Shown: positions 17,891-27,760, counted from the first letter of the stretch. The stretch is 64,000 nt of DNA from Gloeobacterales cyanobacterium (GCA_038245785.1 JBBRSB010000022.1:1-64000), one strand, 5' to 3'. The notes: generated from the sequence alone by a model not told the origin. Numbers and translations are program-made.

Positions 17891-19231
17891 ATGACAGATG
17901 AACAGTTTAAAACAGAAAATCAGCCTGCATCTTCTGAATCTTTGCTATGGAAACCAAGTCGGAGGGATTTTCTCCTTGCAGCTGGGGCCACAACCTTAGG
18001 ATTACTTTGGCCTACTGGCTATGCCAGCGCTCAAGCGGATACCCCGGAGATTACGAAGGCCAAGATTGGCTTTGTCGGCCAAACTGATGCAGCCCCAATC
18101 ATCATTGCCAAGGAGAAAGGCTATTTCGCTAAATACGGGATGAAAGATGTCGAAGTCGCGAAGCAGCCTTCCTGGGGAGTGATTCGGGACAATCTGGAAC
18201 TCGGCTCCACGGGCGGAGGGTTAGATGTAGCGATGGTCTTGAGACCGATGCCCTTTTTGATGGCCTTAGGAACCATTACCAAGGGAAACAAGAAGCTGCC
18301 GATGTACGTACCTTTACAACTCAACATCGACGGTCAAGGCATCACGCTTGCTAATGCGTTTAAGGATGATAAAGCCCGCTTAAAAAGCACCGCTATTGAA
18401 GCCAAAGTAGACAAGGCCAAGGCTGATGGCAAGAAATATAAGTTTGCCAGCACCTTTAAGGGCGGGAGCAGTGACCTGATGATGCGTTACTGGCTGGCTG
18501 CTGGGGGTATCGACCCCGATAAGGATATCGAAACGGTGGTCGTGCCTGGACCACAGCTCGTTGCCAATATGAAAGTCGGGAGTCTGGATGGCTTCTGTGT
18601 TGGGGACCCCTGGCACAACCGGGCTATCAGCGAGAAGATTGGCTACACGGCCTGCGTCAGTGGTGAATTGTGGAAAGACCATCCAGAAAAAGCGCTGGCA
18701 ATGCGGGCCGATTGGACCGATAAGAATCCTAAAGCTGCGCGTGCCATCGTTGCCGCTATCCAAGAAGCCCAGCAGTGGTGCGACAACATGGACAATCGCG
18801 ATGAGTTGATCGGGATCCTCTCTAAACGAGGCTATGCCAATGTGCCTGCAGACAACATGAGCCGATTGAAGGGTGTAATCGATTACGGGGATGGTCGCGT
18901 GGTCAAAGACAGTCCTTACCTGATGCGCTATTGGAAAGCCAATGCTTCCTATCCTTACGAGAGCCACGACCTCTGGTTCATGACCGAGAACGCCCGTTGG
19001 GGATTTATCAAGCCCGATTTTAAAGCCATTCGCAAAGTGGTGGCCGATGTGAATCGAGCAGACCTCTGGCAAAGTGCCGCCAAGCTCGCTGGAGTGCCTG
19101 CAGCCAGTATTCCAACCAAGACTAGCCGAGGAGTAGAGACCTTTTTTGATGGCACCAAGTTCGACCCTGCCAAGCCCGAGGCTTATTTGAAGAGTCTCAA
19201 GATAAAGAGCGTTAAAGCGGAAATCATCTAG
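17891..19231 (+). CDS. NrtA/CmpA-family ABC substrate-binding protein (NrtA-like residues), Tat signal
   Basis: SRRDFLL Tat motif; TDAAPIIIAKEKG, SWGVIRDNL, GQGI, WKDHPEK; no lipobox Cys. Confidence 0.9.
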   Translation: MTDEQFKTENQPASSESLLWKPSRRDFLLAAGATTLGLLWPTGYASAQADTPEITKAKIGFVGQTDAAPIIIAKEKGYFAKYGMKDVEVAKQPSWGVIRDNLELGSTGGGLDVAMVLRPMPFLMALGTITKGNKKLPMYVPLQLNIDGQGITLANAFKDDKARLKSTAIEAKVDKAKADGKKYKFASTFKGGSSDLMMRYWLAAGGIDPDKDIETVVVPGPQLVANMKVGSLDGFCVGDPWHNRAISEKIGYTACVSGELWKDHPEKALAMRADWTDKNPKAARAIVAAIQEAQQWCDNMDNRDELIGILSKRGYANVPADNMSRLKGVIDYGDGRVVKDSPYLMRYWKANASYPYESHDLWFMTENARWGFIKPDFKAIRKVVADVNRADLWQSAAKLAGVPAASIPTKTSRGVETFFDGTKFDPAKPEAYLKSLKIKSVKAEII

Positions 19232-19255
19232 CCCTTTTATTTTTGGAGACTTATC

Positions 19256-20095
19256 ATGACTGCTGTTTTACCTGGAACTTCTACGGTCCAAAAGCAATCT
19301 CAAAAATCTTCCTGGATGCCTTCCAAAAGTATTCAGAAAACGATTGCTCCCGTGATTGCTACTGCTATTTTTTTAGGGATTTGGCAATTACTGACTTCTA
19401 GTCCCGAAGCAACGATGCCTGGACCGATTAAGGTGGTCACCGAGACTTGGCCATTGATTACAGACCCCTTCTATCAGGGCTCGGGGACAGACCAAGGGTT
19501 ATTCTGGCAAATTGCAGCGAGCCTACAGCGGGTCGCCATCGGATTTTCACTGTCAGCCCTAGTGGGGATTACAGTTGGCATTCTGATTGGGGCCAATCCC
19601 TTGCTCTACTCTGCGGTAGACCCTCTCTTTCAGGTACTGCGCACGATTCCGCCCCTGGCCTGGTTGCCTATCGCCCTAGCGGCAATCCAACAGTCTGAAC
19701 CTGCAGCCCTATTCGTGATTTTCATCACGGCTATCTGGCCGATTATCATCAACACCGCTGTTGGGGTGCAACAGATTCCCCAGGATTACAACAATGTTGC
19801 CCGTGTTTTGCGACTTTCCAAAAGCAAGTATTTCTTCAAAGTCCTGTTGCCTTCTGCCCTTCCTTATATTTTCACCGGGCTGAAAATTGGGATTGGTCTC
19901 TCATGGTTGGCGATTGTTGCAGCTGAAATGCTTATTGGGGGAGTTGGTATCGGCTTTTTCATCTGGGATGCCTACAACGCAGCCAAAATTAGCGACATCA
20001 TCCTCGCCCTCTTCTATGTCGGCCTTGTCGGTTTACTCTTGGACAAACTCGTGAGCTTTGTTGGCTCTCGGCTGGTACCGGAAGAACAAAAGTAA
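19256..20095 (+). CDS. Nitrate/bicarbonate ABC permease (NrtB-like)
   Basis: LRTIPPLAWLPI, FITAIWPIIINT, GLSWLAIVAAEM. Confidence 0.9.
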   Translation: MTAVLPGTSTVQKQSQKSSWMPSKSIQKTIAPVIATAIFLGIWQLLTSSPEATMPGPIKVVTETWPLITDPFYQGSGTDQGLFWQIAASLQRVAIGFSLSALVGITVGILIGANPLLYSAVDPLFQVLRTIPPLAWLPIALAAIQQSEPAALFVIFITAIWPIIINTAVGVQQIPQDYNNVARVLRLSKSKYFFKVLLPSALPYIFTGLKIGIGLSWLAIVAAEMLIGGVGIGFFIWDAYNAAKISDIILALFYVGLVGLLLDKLVSFVGSRLVPEEQK

Positions 20096-20161
20096 AACTG
20101 GCTCTTCCCCCTTAAAGGGTAAAATCGCATCGAATTTCAGTATTAGTACTAGGAGAACAGC

Positions 20162-20899
20162 GTGCAAAAAATCAATCGGCCAATCTATCTATCCAGAAGA
20201 AGCTTGGTCAAGGTGGCAGGAGTGAGTTTGATGGGGGCTGGGGCATTTACGGCGGGGCTTGCGGGCACGGGCGCTATCGCCGCTGAACCCCCTACGTCCA
20301 AGGGAGAAAAGGGCGAAAACGACATCACTCCTGAGGAGGCATTAAAGAACTTGATGGACGGCAACAAGCGTTTCGTGGAGGGGAAGACACAATCCCCCAA
20401 CCGGACGATGGCTCGTTTGAAAGAAGTCGCCAAAGGGCAAAAGCCCTATGCCGCCTTCCTCGGTTGTGCCGATTCTCGGGTGCCGATTGAAATCCTATTT
20501 GACCAGGGATTTGGCAATGTATTCGTATGCCGCGTGGCTGGAAACGCAGCGACCTCTGAAGAGACGGGTAGTTTGGAGTTTGGCGCAGCCGTGCTAGGAA
20601 CCAAAGTGCTCATGGTCTTGGGACATGAATATTGTGGTGCAGTAAAAGCTGCCTTATCGGGAGAAGCGGTGCCTGGTTCTATTGCTGCGGTCTTGGAGCA
20701 AATGAAACCTGCTGTCGCCATGGTCAAGGATAAAAAAGCTAAAGGGGCCTTGGATGAGGCAATCGCCAACAACGTCAAGCTTCAGGTAGCCAAGCTCAAA
20801 GAGTCTCCCGTCCTGGGGGCTTTGGTGAAAGAAGGCAAGCTGAAAATTGTCGGCGCGGTCTATGACCTGGATGAAGGCAATGTAAAACTGCTGGCGTAG
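20162..20899 (+). CDS. Beta-class carbonic anhydrase with Tat signal (EcaB-like)
   Basis: SRRSLVK Tat motif; GNKRF, CADSRVP, RVAGN, GHEYCGAV zinc ligands. Confidence 0.92.
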   Translation: MQKINRPIYLSRRSLVKVAGVSLMGAGAFTAGLAGTGAIAAEPPTSKGEKGENDITPEEALKNLMDGNKRFVEGKTQSPNRTMARLKEVAKGQKPYAAFLGCADSRVPIEILFDQGFGNVFVCRVAGNAATSEETGSLEFGAAVLGTKVLMVLGHEYCGAVKAALSGEAVPGSIAAVLEQMKPAVAMVKDKKAKGALDEAIANNVKLQVAKLKESPVLGALVKEGKLKIVGAVYDLDEGNVKLLA

Positions 20900-20901
20900 C
20901 T

Positions 20902-21149
20902 ACCCCTCAGTCCCTTCGGGACAGCTCCCCTTAGAAGGGAGCCTATTCGGGGGACAGAAGAGGCTCGGATTTAGATATAGATGCTGCCAAAGCGATAGCT
21001 CACTGCCTCTTGCGGACTCTAGAGATGAGATTGTTTGGGTTGTGAAGGTTATCACATTCCCTCAGTTCTATGCTCACACCTGCAGTTTTCTCTCCTCAAA
21101 AGGCCCAGGCTCCCCTTCGAGGGGAGCTGTCCCGTAGGGACTGAGGGGT
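20902..21149. repeat. Inverted-repeat element (MITE/REPIN-like), ~43-bp arms
   Basis: ACCCCTCAGTCCCTTCGGGACAGCTCCCC...GGAGCCT at 20902-20944 and its near-perfect reverse complement at 21107-21149. Confidence 0.75.
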
Positions 21150-21181
21150 GGAAATCTTTTAACTTAACAAGGAGTCCTGAT

Positions 21182-23188
21182 ATGTCTGTATTTGTTGAAG
21201 TGGAGCAAATTGATAAGGTCTTCCCGCTTGCAGATGGAGGGAGCTATGTTGCCCTTAAAAATATAGATCTGACTATCCGTAAGGGCGAGTTTGTTACGCT
21301 CATCGGTCATTCTGGCTGCGGTAAATCGACCTTGCTCAATATTGTGGCCGGATTGGATAGTCCGACGGAGGGTGGCGTAGTTTTAGCAGGGCAGACCGTC
21401 ACCGAACCTGGACCAGACCGGATGGTCGTTTTTCAGAACTATTCACTTTTGCCCTGGCTAACAGTATACGAAAACATTGCTCTGGCTGTAGATGAGGTGA
21501 TGACTACGCTCTCTAAGAGTGAACGGCAGAACTTGATTGAGCACTACATGAACCTAGTAGGACTCAAGGCCGCTGCGGATAAGCGACCTGGTCAGCTGTC
21601 TGGAGGGATGAAGCAGCGGGTGGCAATTGCACGGGCTTTAGCCATTCGTCCGCAATTGCTGCTTTTGGATGAACCCTTTGGCGCTTTGGATGCGCTAACT
21701 AGAGGTAATTTACAAGAGCAGTTGATGAAAATCTGCGAAGAAACTCAGGCTACATGCCTGATGGTTACCCATGATGTGGATGAAGCCTTACTCCTATCTG
21801 ACCGCGTGGTCATGCTCACCAATGGACCAGAATCTCATATCGGCCAGATTCTGGAAGTAGCCATTCCTCGACCCCGTGAACGCATGGAAGTAGTCAATCA
21901 TCCTAGCTATTACAGTCTGCGCAGCGAGATTATTTACTTCCTCAACCAGCAAAAGAAAGCCAAGCAGCGGGCTCGTAAACCCGCTCCTATCGCCCGTCAT
22001 GGATTGGAAAAAATCAATCTGGAAATCGGCTTTCTACCCCTGACTGCCTGTGCTCCCCTCGTCGTCGCCAAGGAGAAAGGATTTTTCACCAAGCATGGCC
22101 TGGATGAAGTAAATCTAGTGCGCGAACCCAACTGGCGAGCGATCACCGATGGCATGGTCACCAATGACTTAGATGCTGCTCAAATGCCTGCCGGGATGCC
22201 CTTGTGGTTCTCGCTGGGAGGCGTAGACGAAAAGCCCCTCTCCGTAGTGACCTCCCTGACGCTCACCCGAAATGGCAATGCCATTACTTTGGCGAAACGC
22301 CTCTATGACCGTGGAGTGCATACCCTGGCTGATTTCAAGCGGGTATTACGTCAATCTCCTGAAGAGCGACACACCTTAGGCATGGTTCATCCGGCTTCGA
22401 TGCACAATCTCTTGTTGCGCTATTGGCTGGCCGCTGGCGGTATCGATCCGGACCATGATGTGGATTTGACAACCATCCCTCCTGCTCAGATGGTTTCTAA
22501 TCTTCAAGCCGGCAATATTGATGGCTACTGTGTCGGAGAGCCCTGGAATTTCCGGGCCGCTCTAGAAGGAATTGGTTTTACGGCGGCAACGGACCTGGAA
22601 ATCTGGCCGGGACATCCGGGAAAAGTTCTTGGCGTAAGAGAAGACTGGGCTGCTGCTCATCCAAATACCCATTTGGCGCTGGTGAAAGCGCTCTTGGAAG
22701 CCTGTCAGTACTGTAACGACCAACAGAATGGCCCTGAAATTCGTGAACTGCTGTGCCGACCAGAATATCTGGACACTGAACCCCAATACATCCAATTGGC
22801 CGATTCTACACCCACGGTCTGTGATGCAAGCAACCCCGTTCAGTATGCCCACCATCTGTTTTTCGGAGATGGAGTCAATCGCCCAAGTCGCACAGAACAA
22901 CTCTGGATCATGACCCAGATGGCTCGTTGGGGAACAGTGCCTTTTCCAAGAAATTGGGTGGAAATTCTCGAACGGCTCTGTCGGGTAGATGTCTTCAGTA
23001 CCGCTGCGCGCGAAGTTGGGCTATCGGATATCAGCTATACCCGTATTCCGATTCAACTCAATCTTCAAGAACCTCCAGAAGCGGCTTTCAATCCTGAGGA
23101 CCCGATTAGCTACCTCAATAGCTTGGATATAAAGCATGAGGTCTATATCGCAGAAGTGATTGCCCCTAGCCTTGCCCGTTCTGCTTAG
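21182..23188 (+). CDS. cmpC: ABC ATPase with C-terminal solute-binding domain (CmpC-like)
   Basis: GHSGCGKST, LSGGM; YSLRSEIIYF, LTACAP, HPGKVLG, RPSRTE are CmpC-type; ATG 21182 after AAGGAG. Confidence 0.7.
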   Translation: MSVFVEVEQIDKVFPLADGGSYVALKNIDLTIRKGEFVTLIGHSGCGKSTLLNIVAGLDSPTEGGVVLAGQTVTEPGPDRMVVFQNYSLLPWLTVYENIALAVDEVMTTLSKSERQNLIEHYMNLVGLKAAADKRPGQLSGGMKQRVAIARALAIRPQLLLLDEPFGALDALTRGNLQEQLMKICEETQATCLMVTHDVDEALLLSDRVVMLTNGPESHIGQILEVAIPRPRERMEVVNHPSYYSLRSEIIYFLNQQKKAKQRARKPAPIARHGLEKINLEIGFLPLTACAPLVVAKEKGFFTKHGLDEVNLVREPNWRAITDGMVTNDLDAAQMPAGMPLWFSLGGVDEKPLSVVTSLTLTRNGNAITLAKRLYDRGVHTLADFKRVLRQSPEERHTLGMVHPASMHNLLLRYWLAAGGIDPDHDVDLTTIPPAQMVSNLQAGNIDGYCVGEPWNFRAALEGIGFTAATDLEIWPGHPGKVLGVREDWAAAHPNTHLALVKALLEACQYCNDQQNGPEIRELLCRPEYLDTEPQYIQLADSTPTVCDASNPVQYAHHLFFGDGVNRPSRTEQLWIMTQMARWGTVPFPRNWVEILERLCRVDVFSTAAREVGLSDISYTRIPIQLNLQEPPEAAFNPEDPISYLNSLDIKHEVYIAEVIAPSLARSA

Positions 23189-23206
23189 AAACCTCTAACT
23201 CTCTAA

Positions 23207-23324
23207 CGCCCCCTTTCGGCTGACGCTCAGGGAAGCCTAAATCCCCCAATACTGGTGGACTTTGAGTTACGTGCTCCGCACACGCAGACGACCAGAACCC
23301 CCAGAATTGGGGGGCAGGGGGGCG
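23207..23324. repeat. C-rich/G-rich short inverted repeat element
   Basis: CGCCCCC...ATCCCCCAATACTGGTGGACTTTGAG...CCCCCAGAATTGGGGGGCAGGGGGGCG; same family as 34821-34913. Confidence 0.65.
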
Positions 23325-23372
23325 AAATCCAGCAATCTCCAACTCTTCACTTAACTAACAGGAGAATGAACC

Positions 23373-24215
23373 ATGCAAACCGAAACCAGTACATCAACAC
23401 AATCTGTCAGCACTGCAGCTAACTCGACCCCATTTCTAGTCGTTGAGAATGTCTCTAAGGTCTACCCCACAGCCAAAGGGTCCTACACCGTTTTGGAAGA
23501 TGTGAACCTGACGGTCCAAGAGGGCGAGTTTATCTGCATCATTGGTCACTCAGGCTGTGGCAAATCAACGCTGCTCAATATGGTTGCCGGATTTTCAGAA
23601 CCCACAGAAGGATCGGTACGGCTCAAGAACCAGACGATTACCGAACCAGGGCCAGACCGGATGATGGTCTTTCAGAACTATTCATTGTTGCCTTGGCTAA
23701 CCGTTGCCGAGAATGTTCTGCTAGCGGTCGATTCTGTCTATCCTGATAAGCCCCTTTCCGAACAGATGGCTATTGTCCATGAGCATCTCGCGCTGGTGGG
23801 ATTGTCAGAAGCCGCTCAGAAGAAACCAACCCAGCTATCAGGGGGAATGCGTCAGCGCTTGGGTATTGCCCGTGCCCTATCGATTCGCCCAGAAATCCTG
23901 ATTTTGGATGAGCCCTTCGGCGCTCTAGATGCAATTACCAAGGAAGAACTGCAAGAAGAGTTGCTAAAAATCTGGAATGACCACAAGGCTACGGTCTTGA
24001 TGATTACCCATGATATTGATGAAGCTCTATTCCTTGCAGACCGTCTGGTGATGATGACCAATGGCCCTTCGGCCCATATCGGAGAAGTCTTAGATATTCC
24101 ATTTCGCCGTCCCCGCAATCGCACCCGCATTATGGAAGACCCTGAGTACTACAACTTGCGCAACTATGCTTTGGACTTCCTCTATCGTCGCTATGCCCAT
24201 GCCGTAGTTGATTAG
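23373..24215 (+). CDS. Nitrate/bicarbonate ABC ATPase D subunit (CmpD/NrtD)
   Basis: GHSGCGKST, DRMMVFQNY, DAITKEELQEELL, YNLRNYALDFL. Confidence 0.9.
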   Translation: MQTETSTSTQSVSTAANSTPFLVVENVSKVYPTAKGSYTVLEDVNLTVQEGEFICIIGHSGCGKSTLLNMVAGFSEPTEGSVRLKNQTITEPGPDRMMVFQNYSLLPWLTVAENVLLAVDSVYPDKPLSEQMAIVHEHLALVGLSEAAQKKPTQLSGGMRQRLGIARALSIRPEILILDEPFGALDAITKEELQEELLKIWNDHKATVLMITHDIDEALFLADRLVMMTNGPSAHIGEVLDIPFRRPRNRTRIMEDPEYYNLRNYALDFLYRRYAHAVVD

Positions 24216-24267
24216 CCGGAGGAGCTCGTTGCGCTGTGACACAGCGCAACGAGCATAGGGAGGAAGG

Positions 24268-24624
24268 TTAAGTCGCGTAATAATAGCGCTCATGGACGAC
24301 CTTTCCATCTTTCCACTTTTGCACAGAGACTTGATCATGGGTCTGCTTGCCCCACTCCTTGTGGGTATAGTCTGCAAACCACTCCGAGATAATCACATCT
24401 TCTCCAAAGGCAACATTCTTTAGAGCAATGCCTCGGAATTCAACAACCTTGGCCATAAAATCCAGCTCCCGCTCGCGGTTAGCCGCTTTTCCGACGGTTG
24501 GAGGATTTTCATTTTCTTGCATGACTACGTCATCGCCGTAATACTTTTCAAAGGCCTCCATGGCCTTGCCTTCCATTACTAGATTCTTGATATCTTCAAA
24601 GGCAGTTTTCAGATCGGTACTCAT
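24268..24624 (-). CDS. SnoaL/NTF2-like protein
   Basis: AFEKYYGDDVVMQENE...GKAANRERE...QVSVQKWKDGKVVHERYYY; ATG 24624 after GAGGA. Confidence 0.85.
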   Translation of the reverse strand: MSTDLKTAFEDIKNLVMEGKAMEAFEKYYGDDVVMQENENPPTVGKAANRERELDFMAKVVEFRGIALKNVAFGEDVIISEWFADYTHKEWGKQTHDQVSVQKWKDGKVVHERYYYAT

Positions 24625-24717
24625 TTTTGAAGTCCTCTTAAACATGAGTTGTGGCTGTGTTTCAGAGATTAAGCCCCTCATCTTGAGGCAATAATCTCTA
24701 CTTTTTGTTCGAGGTTA

Positions 24718-24774
24718 GATAGTTGAAAATTCAACTATCCTCAGCTTAGACTGATCTAGTTGAAACTTCAACTA
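24718..24774. promoter_or_regulatory. Two palindromic MarR operators
   Basis: GATAGTTGAAAATTCAACTATC (24718-24739) and TAGTTGAAACTTCAACTA (24757-24774) between divergent SnoaL and MarR genes. Confidence 0.75.
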
Positions 24775-24795
24775 TTTTCTTGGATACTGAGTCCT

Positions 24796-25278
24796 GTGAA
24801 CAATAAACCTAAATTAGATAGTCTACGAAGTTCCGTCTGGCGACTGTTTCTGACTACCCATAGCAAACTGCTGGAGCAGAATGAGGCCAAACTGGCTCAA
24901 GCAGAGCTGCCACCGTTGGAGTGGTACGATGTGCTGTTTACCCTCAAAGAAGCCTCAGAGCAACGTCTTCGGCTGAGTGAGTTAGCCGAGAAAGTCCTGT
25001 TAAGCCGCAGTAATCTCTCTCATCTGGTGGATCGATTGGAGAAGGCTGGATTGCTGCGCCGTGAGTCCTGCCCAAGCGATCGCCGAGGGACCTTTGCTGT
25101 TTTGACCAAAGAAGGATTGGCGATGCAGGAGCGCATGTGGGCCGTATATGCCGAAAGCATTACAGAAACCTTTGCCAGTTACCTAGATGACGATGAAGTA
25201 AAAACCCTACAGCAAATTTTGAATCGCCTAATGGCAGCAGCAGATGAGGCACAGGAAAGAGCCAAAATCCAGAATTGA
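24796..25278 (+). CDS. MarR family regulator
   Basis: LPPLEWYDVL, LRLSELAEKVLLSRS, DRRGTFAVLTKEG; GTG 24796 preferred since the longer start overlaps the operator. Confidence 0.9.
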   Translation: MNNKPKLDSLRSSVWRLFLTTHSKLLEQNEAKLAQAELPPLEWYDVLFTLKEASEQRLRLSELAEKVLLSRSNLSHLVDRLEKAGLLRRESCPSDRRGTFAVLTKEGLAMQERMWAVYAESITETFASYLDDDEVKTLQQILNRLMAAADEAQERAKIQN

Positions 25279-25422
25279 GTAGAGCTCCTGCGTGAATCTT
25301 GAAAGGTAATACTAGATGATATTTATCCATTTTGAAAAAACGGTTTTGCATGTCAAAACATTAATCATTGGAACGTTTTGTTGAAATATTTTTGCCGATG
25401 GTGTGGTGGCATTTTCGGCGTT

Positions 25423-25545
25423 CGTAGGGGCGATTTGCAAATCGCCCCTACGACGTTAGTGGTTTGATGCCACAATCCTGTGCATCGGGTTGGGCATGAT
25501 TATCCATTCATCCAAACAACCATATAGATAATATTTTGATAATCA
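25423..25545 (-). pseudogene. REP-associated tyrosine transposase (RAYT) remnant with adjacent REP palindrome
   Basis: Minus strand reads LDEWIIMPNPMHRIV (degenerate MPNHxH HUH motif); perfect palindrome CGTAGGGGCGATTTGCAAATCGCCCCTACG at 25423-25452. Confidence 0.6.
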
Positions 25546-25572
25546 TCTTTGCGATTCACACATATTTTCATA

Positions 25573-26169
25573 TCAGGAAAGCGTAATTTGCCGCTTAGTC
25601 CGGGTGAGTATGCCTTCTCTCTCTAACTGAGCCAAGGTTCTGTACAGGACTTCACGACTCAAACCGAGATCATGGGCAATATCTTTTAGAGGAGTATTAA
25701 ATTTCACTGTAGTCTCTCCAAACTGAGCGTGGCTAGCTAGATAGCGGATCACGCGCTCCCGAGCAGATGAAATACTTCGCAGCTCCAGTCGGTCTTCCAG
25801 CGTCTTGATTTGTTTGGCCATGGACCCAATGAAGCTTTCGGCTAAGTCAGGACGCTGCCGTAACGTTGCTAGAAGCGTTTGCTTAGGATAAATATGGACC
25901 TGAGAAGGAATTTCAGCGACGGCCTCATTGCCATAGACTTCTGAGAACAATGCTGCCGTCGCAAAACTTTCTCCTGGTGAGACTACCTGTAGGATGATAG
26001 CTTTGCCCGCAGGGTTACGGCGGATGATGCTTATCTGTCCTGTTTCCAGAACGAAGATGGCGCATGCACGGTCATCTTGACGATATAGCACCTGACCAGG
26101 TGCAAGGGCCCTCTGGAGCATTACTTCTCTCAAAGTATTGGCCAGTCTGCTGGAAAGTGAGAATTTCAT
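25573..26169 (-). CDS. Crp/Fnr family regulator
   Basis: PGQVLYRQDD, PGESFA, LKDIAHDLGLSREVLYRTL. Confidence 0.88.
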   Translation of the reverse strand: MKFSLSSRLANTLREVMLQRALAPGQVLYRQDDRACAIFVLETGQISIIRRNPAGKAIILQVVSPGESFATAALFSEVYGNEAVAEIPSQVHIYPKQTLLATLRQRPDLAESFIGSMAKQIKTLEDRLELRSISSARERVIRYLASHAQFGETTVKFNTPLKDIAHDLGLSREVLYRTLAQLEREGILTRTKRQITLS

Positions 26170-26223
26170 ATCTATTAAATAGAGAAGAGCAAAGCAAGCA
26201 ATGTTTGGACATCATTGGCACTA

Positions 26224-26490
26224 TTAATGACTAAGCATCCATGGGCGCTCATGGCGATGAGACTGCCTCACTTTTGGAGCTATTTCCTTAGGTTCACGGC
26301 TGACTAGACGCGGTTCCGTTTTTTCTTCTATCCGCTTGGAGCGCGAACCCAAATGCACATTAGGGCTTGAGTAGATGCGTTTTGCGATGGTCTGACAGTT
26401 TGGGCAGAGCATCGGGTCACTGGATTCGCTGAATCCGCGCCACTGCTCAAAGAGTCCACAGCTCCTACACTGAAACTCATAAAGAGGCAT
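26224..26490 (-). CDS. fmdB: FmdB-family zinc-ribbon protein
   Basis: MPLYEFQCRSCG...CPNC...RPWMLSH; follows fmdA. Confidence 0.85.
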   Translation of the reverse strand: MPLYEFQCRSCGLFEQWRGFSESSDPMLCPNCQTIAKRIYSSPNVHLGSRSKRIEEKTEPRLVSREPKEIAPKVRQSHRHERPWMLSH

Positions 26491-26522
26491 AGGGATTTCC
26501 TTCTCCGAGGTGTTTTTGAGAT

Positions 26523-27698
26523 TTATTTGGGGAGGACGTTTTGTTCAAAGATGGCTGTCGGGACTGCAATCGTACAGCAGGCATTTGGGATATCAACAAT
26601 GCCGCTGATCCTTCCCTCACAGGGCGCAGACCCTAAAAGCAAATAGATCTGTTCGCCAGTGAAGCCAAAGTTTTTGAAATACTCAATCGCATTCAGGCAG
26701 GCTCTGCGATAGGCAATATGAGCGTCTAGATAGTGCTGTTTGCCCGAAAATTCATCTACGGAAATGCCCTCAAAAACTAAGTACTCTGAGTAGCGAGGCT
26801 CGACGGGACCGGGTTTGAAGATTGGATTGGTCATGCCATACTTTGCGACTCCACCTTTAATGATGTCCACGCTAAGGTCGAGATAGCCTGCCATCTCAAT
26901 CGCACCGCAGAAAGAAATTTCTCCATCCCCTTGAGAAAAGTGAATGTCTCCCATGGAGAGTTTGGCCCCTTTCACATAGACCGGGAAATAGACCTTGGAG
27001 CCTTTTGAAAGGTTCTTAATATCGCAGTTTCCACCATGCTCGCGGGGTGGGACCGTACGCGCTGCCTCCTTAGCCACTCGGTCAAACTCTGCCCCCTTCA
27101 ACGAGCCAAGAATGGCATTGGTTGGATTCGGAAGGGCAGCAAGGGGCGGCACCCTATCTGGATTGGTCGCTACTAAATCTGCTTCTCGTTTATTCCAGGT
27201 TGCCAATAATTCATGGGAAGGAGCACAACCAATCAAACCTGGATGGGGAATTCCCGCAAACTTGACCCCAGGGATATGACGGGAGGAAGCGTAAATTCCG
27301 TGAAGATCCCAGATTGCTTTTTGGGCAGTGGGATAGTGGTCGGTCAGAAAACCACCGCCATTCTCTTTAGAAAAAAGCCCCGTAAAGCCCCATTCATAAT
27401 CGGGCAAAGTTCCCACATCTAAGATATCGACCACAAGAATATCACCGGGTTCGGCTCCTTCTACGTGGATAGGTCCACTAAGCACATGGACAACCGTTAA
27501 ATCGACATCGCGGACATCATCAGGACTGTCATTGTTCTTGATTTGTCCATCGGTCCAGTCTTTGCACTCAATCCGAAATACAGCTCCAGGCTTAACAGAA
27601 ATGATGGCGGGAATATCGGGATGCCAACGATTGTGGCCAACCAGGTCCTGTTCGGTAAATGGTTTATTCAGGTCTACGTTGAATAGAACTTCAGGCAT
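26523..27698 (-). CDS. fmdA: Formamidase (acetamidase/formamidase family)
   Basis: HNRWHPDIP, CKDWTDGQI, VPPREHGGNCDIKNL, GDIHFSQGDGEI. Confidence 0.92.
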   Translation of the reverse strand: MPEVLFNVDLNKPFTEQDLVGHNRWHPDIPAIISVKPGAVFRIECKDWTDGQIKNNDSPDDVRDVDLTVVHVLSGPIHVEGAEPGDILVVDILDVGTLPDYEWGFTGLFSKENGGGFLTDHYPTAQKAIWDLHGIYASSRHIPGVKFAGIPHPGLIGCAPSHELLATWNKREADLVATNPDRVPPLAALPNPTNAILGSLKGAEFDRVAKEAARTVPPREHGGNCDIKNLSKGSKVYFPVYVKGAKLSMGDIHFSQGDGEISFCGAIEMAGYLDLSVDIIKGGVAKYGMTNPIFKPGPVEPRYSEYLVFEGISVDEFSGKQHYLDAHIAYRRACLNAIEYFKNFGFTGEQIYLLLGSAPCEGRISGIVDIPNACCTIAVPTAIFEQNVLPK

Positions 27699-27760
27699 AT
27701 TTGTCTCCTCGTAGCGTATTGGATACCTATTGGATATTGAAAGCTATCTCTTCTTATTGC

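Noticed and set aside
21035..21181. N-terminal extension of the CmpC-like ORF in the ORF track
   Set aside because: It runs through the inverted-repeat arm; the ATG at 21182 has an AAGGAG RBS and matches the family start.
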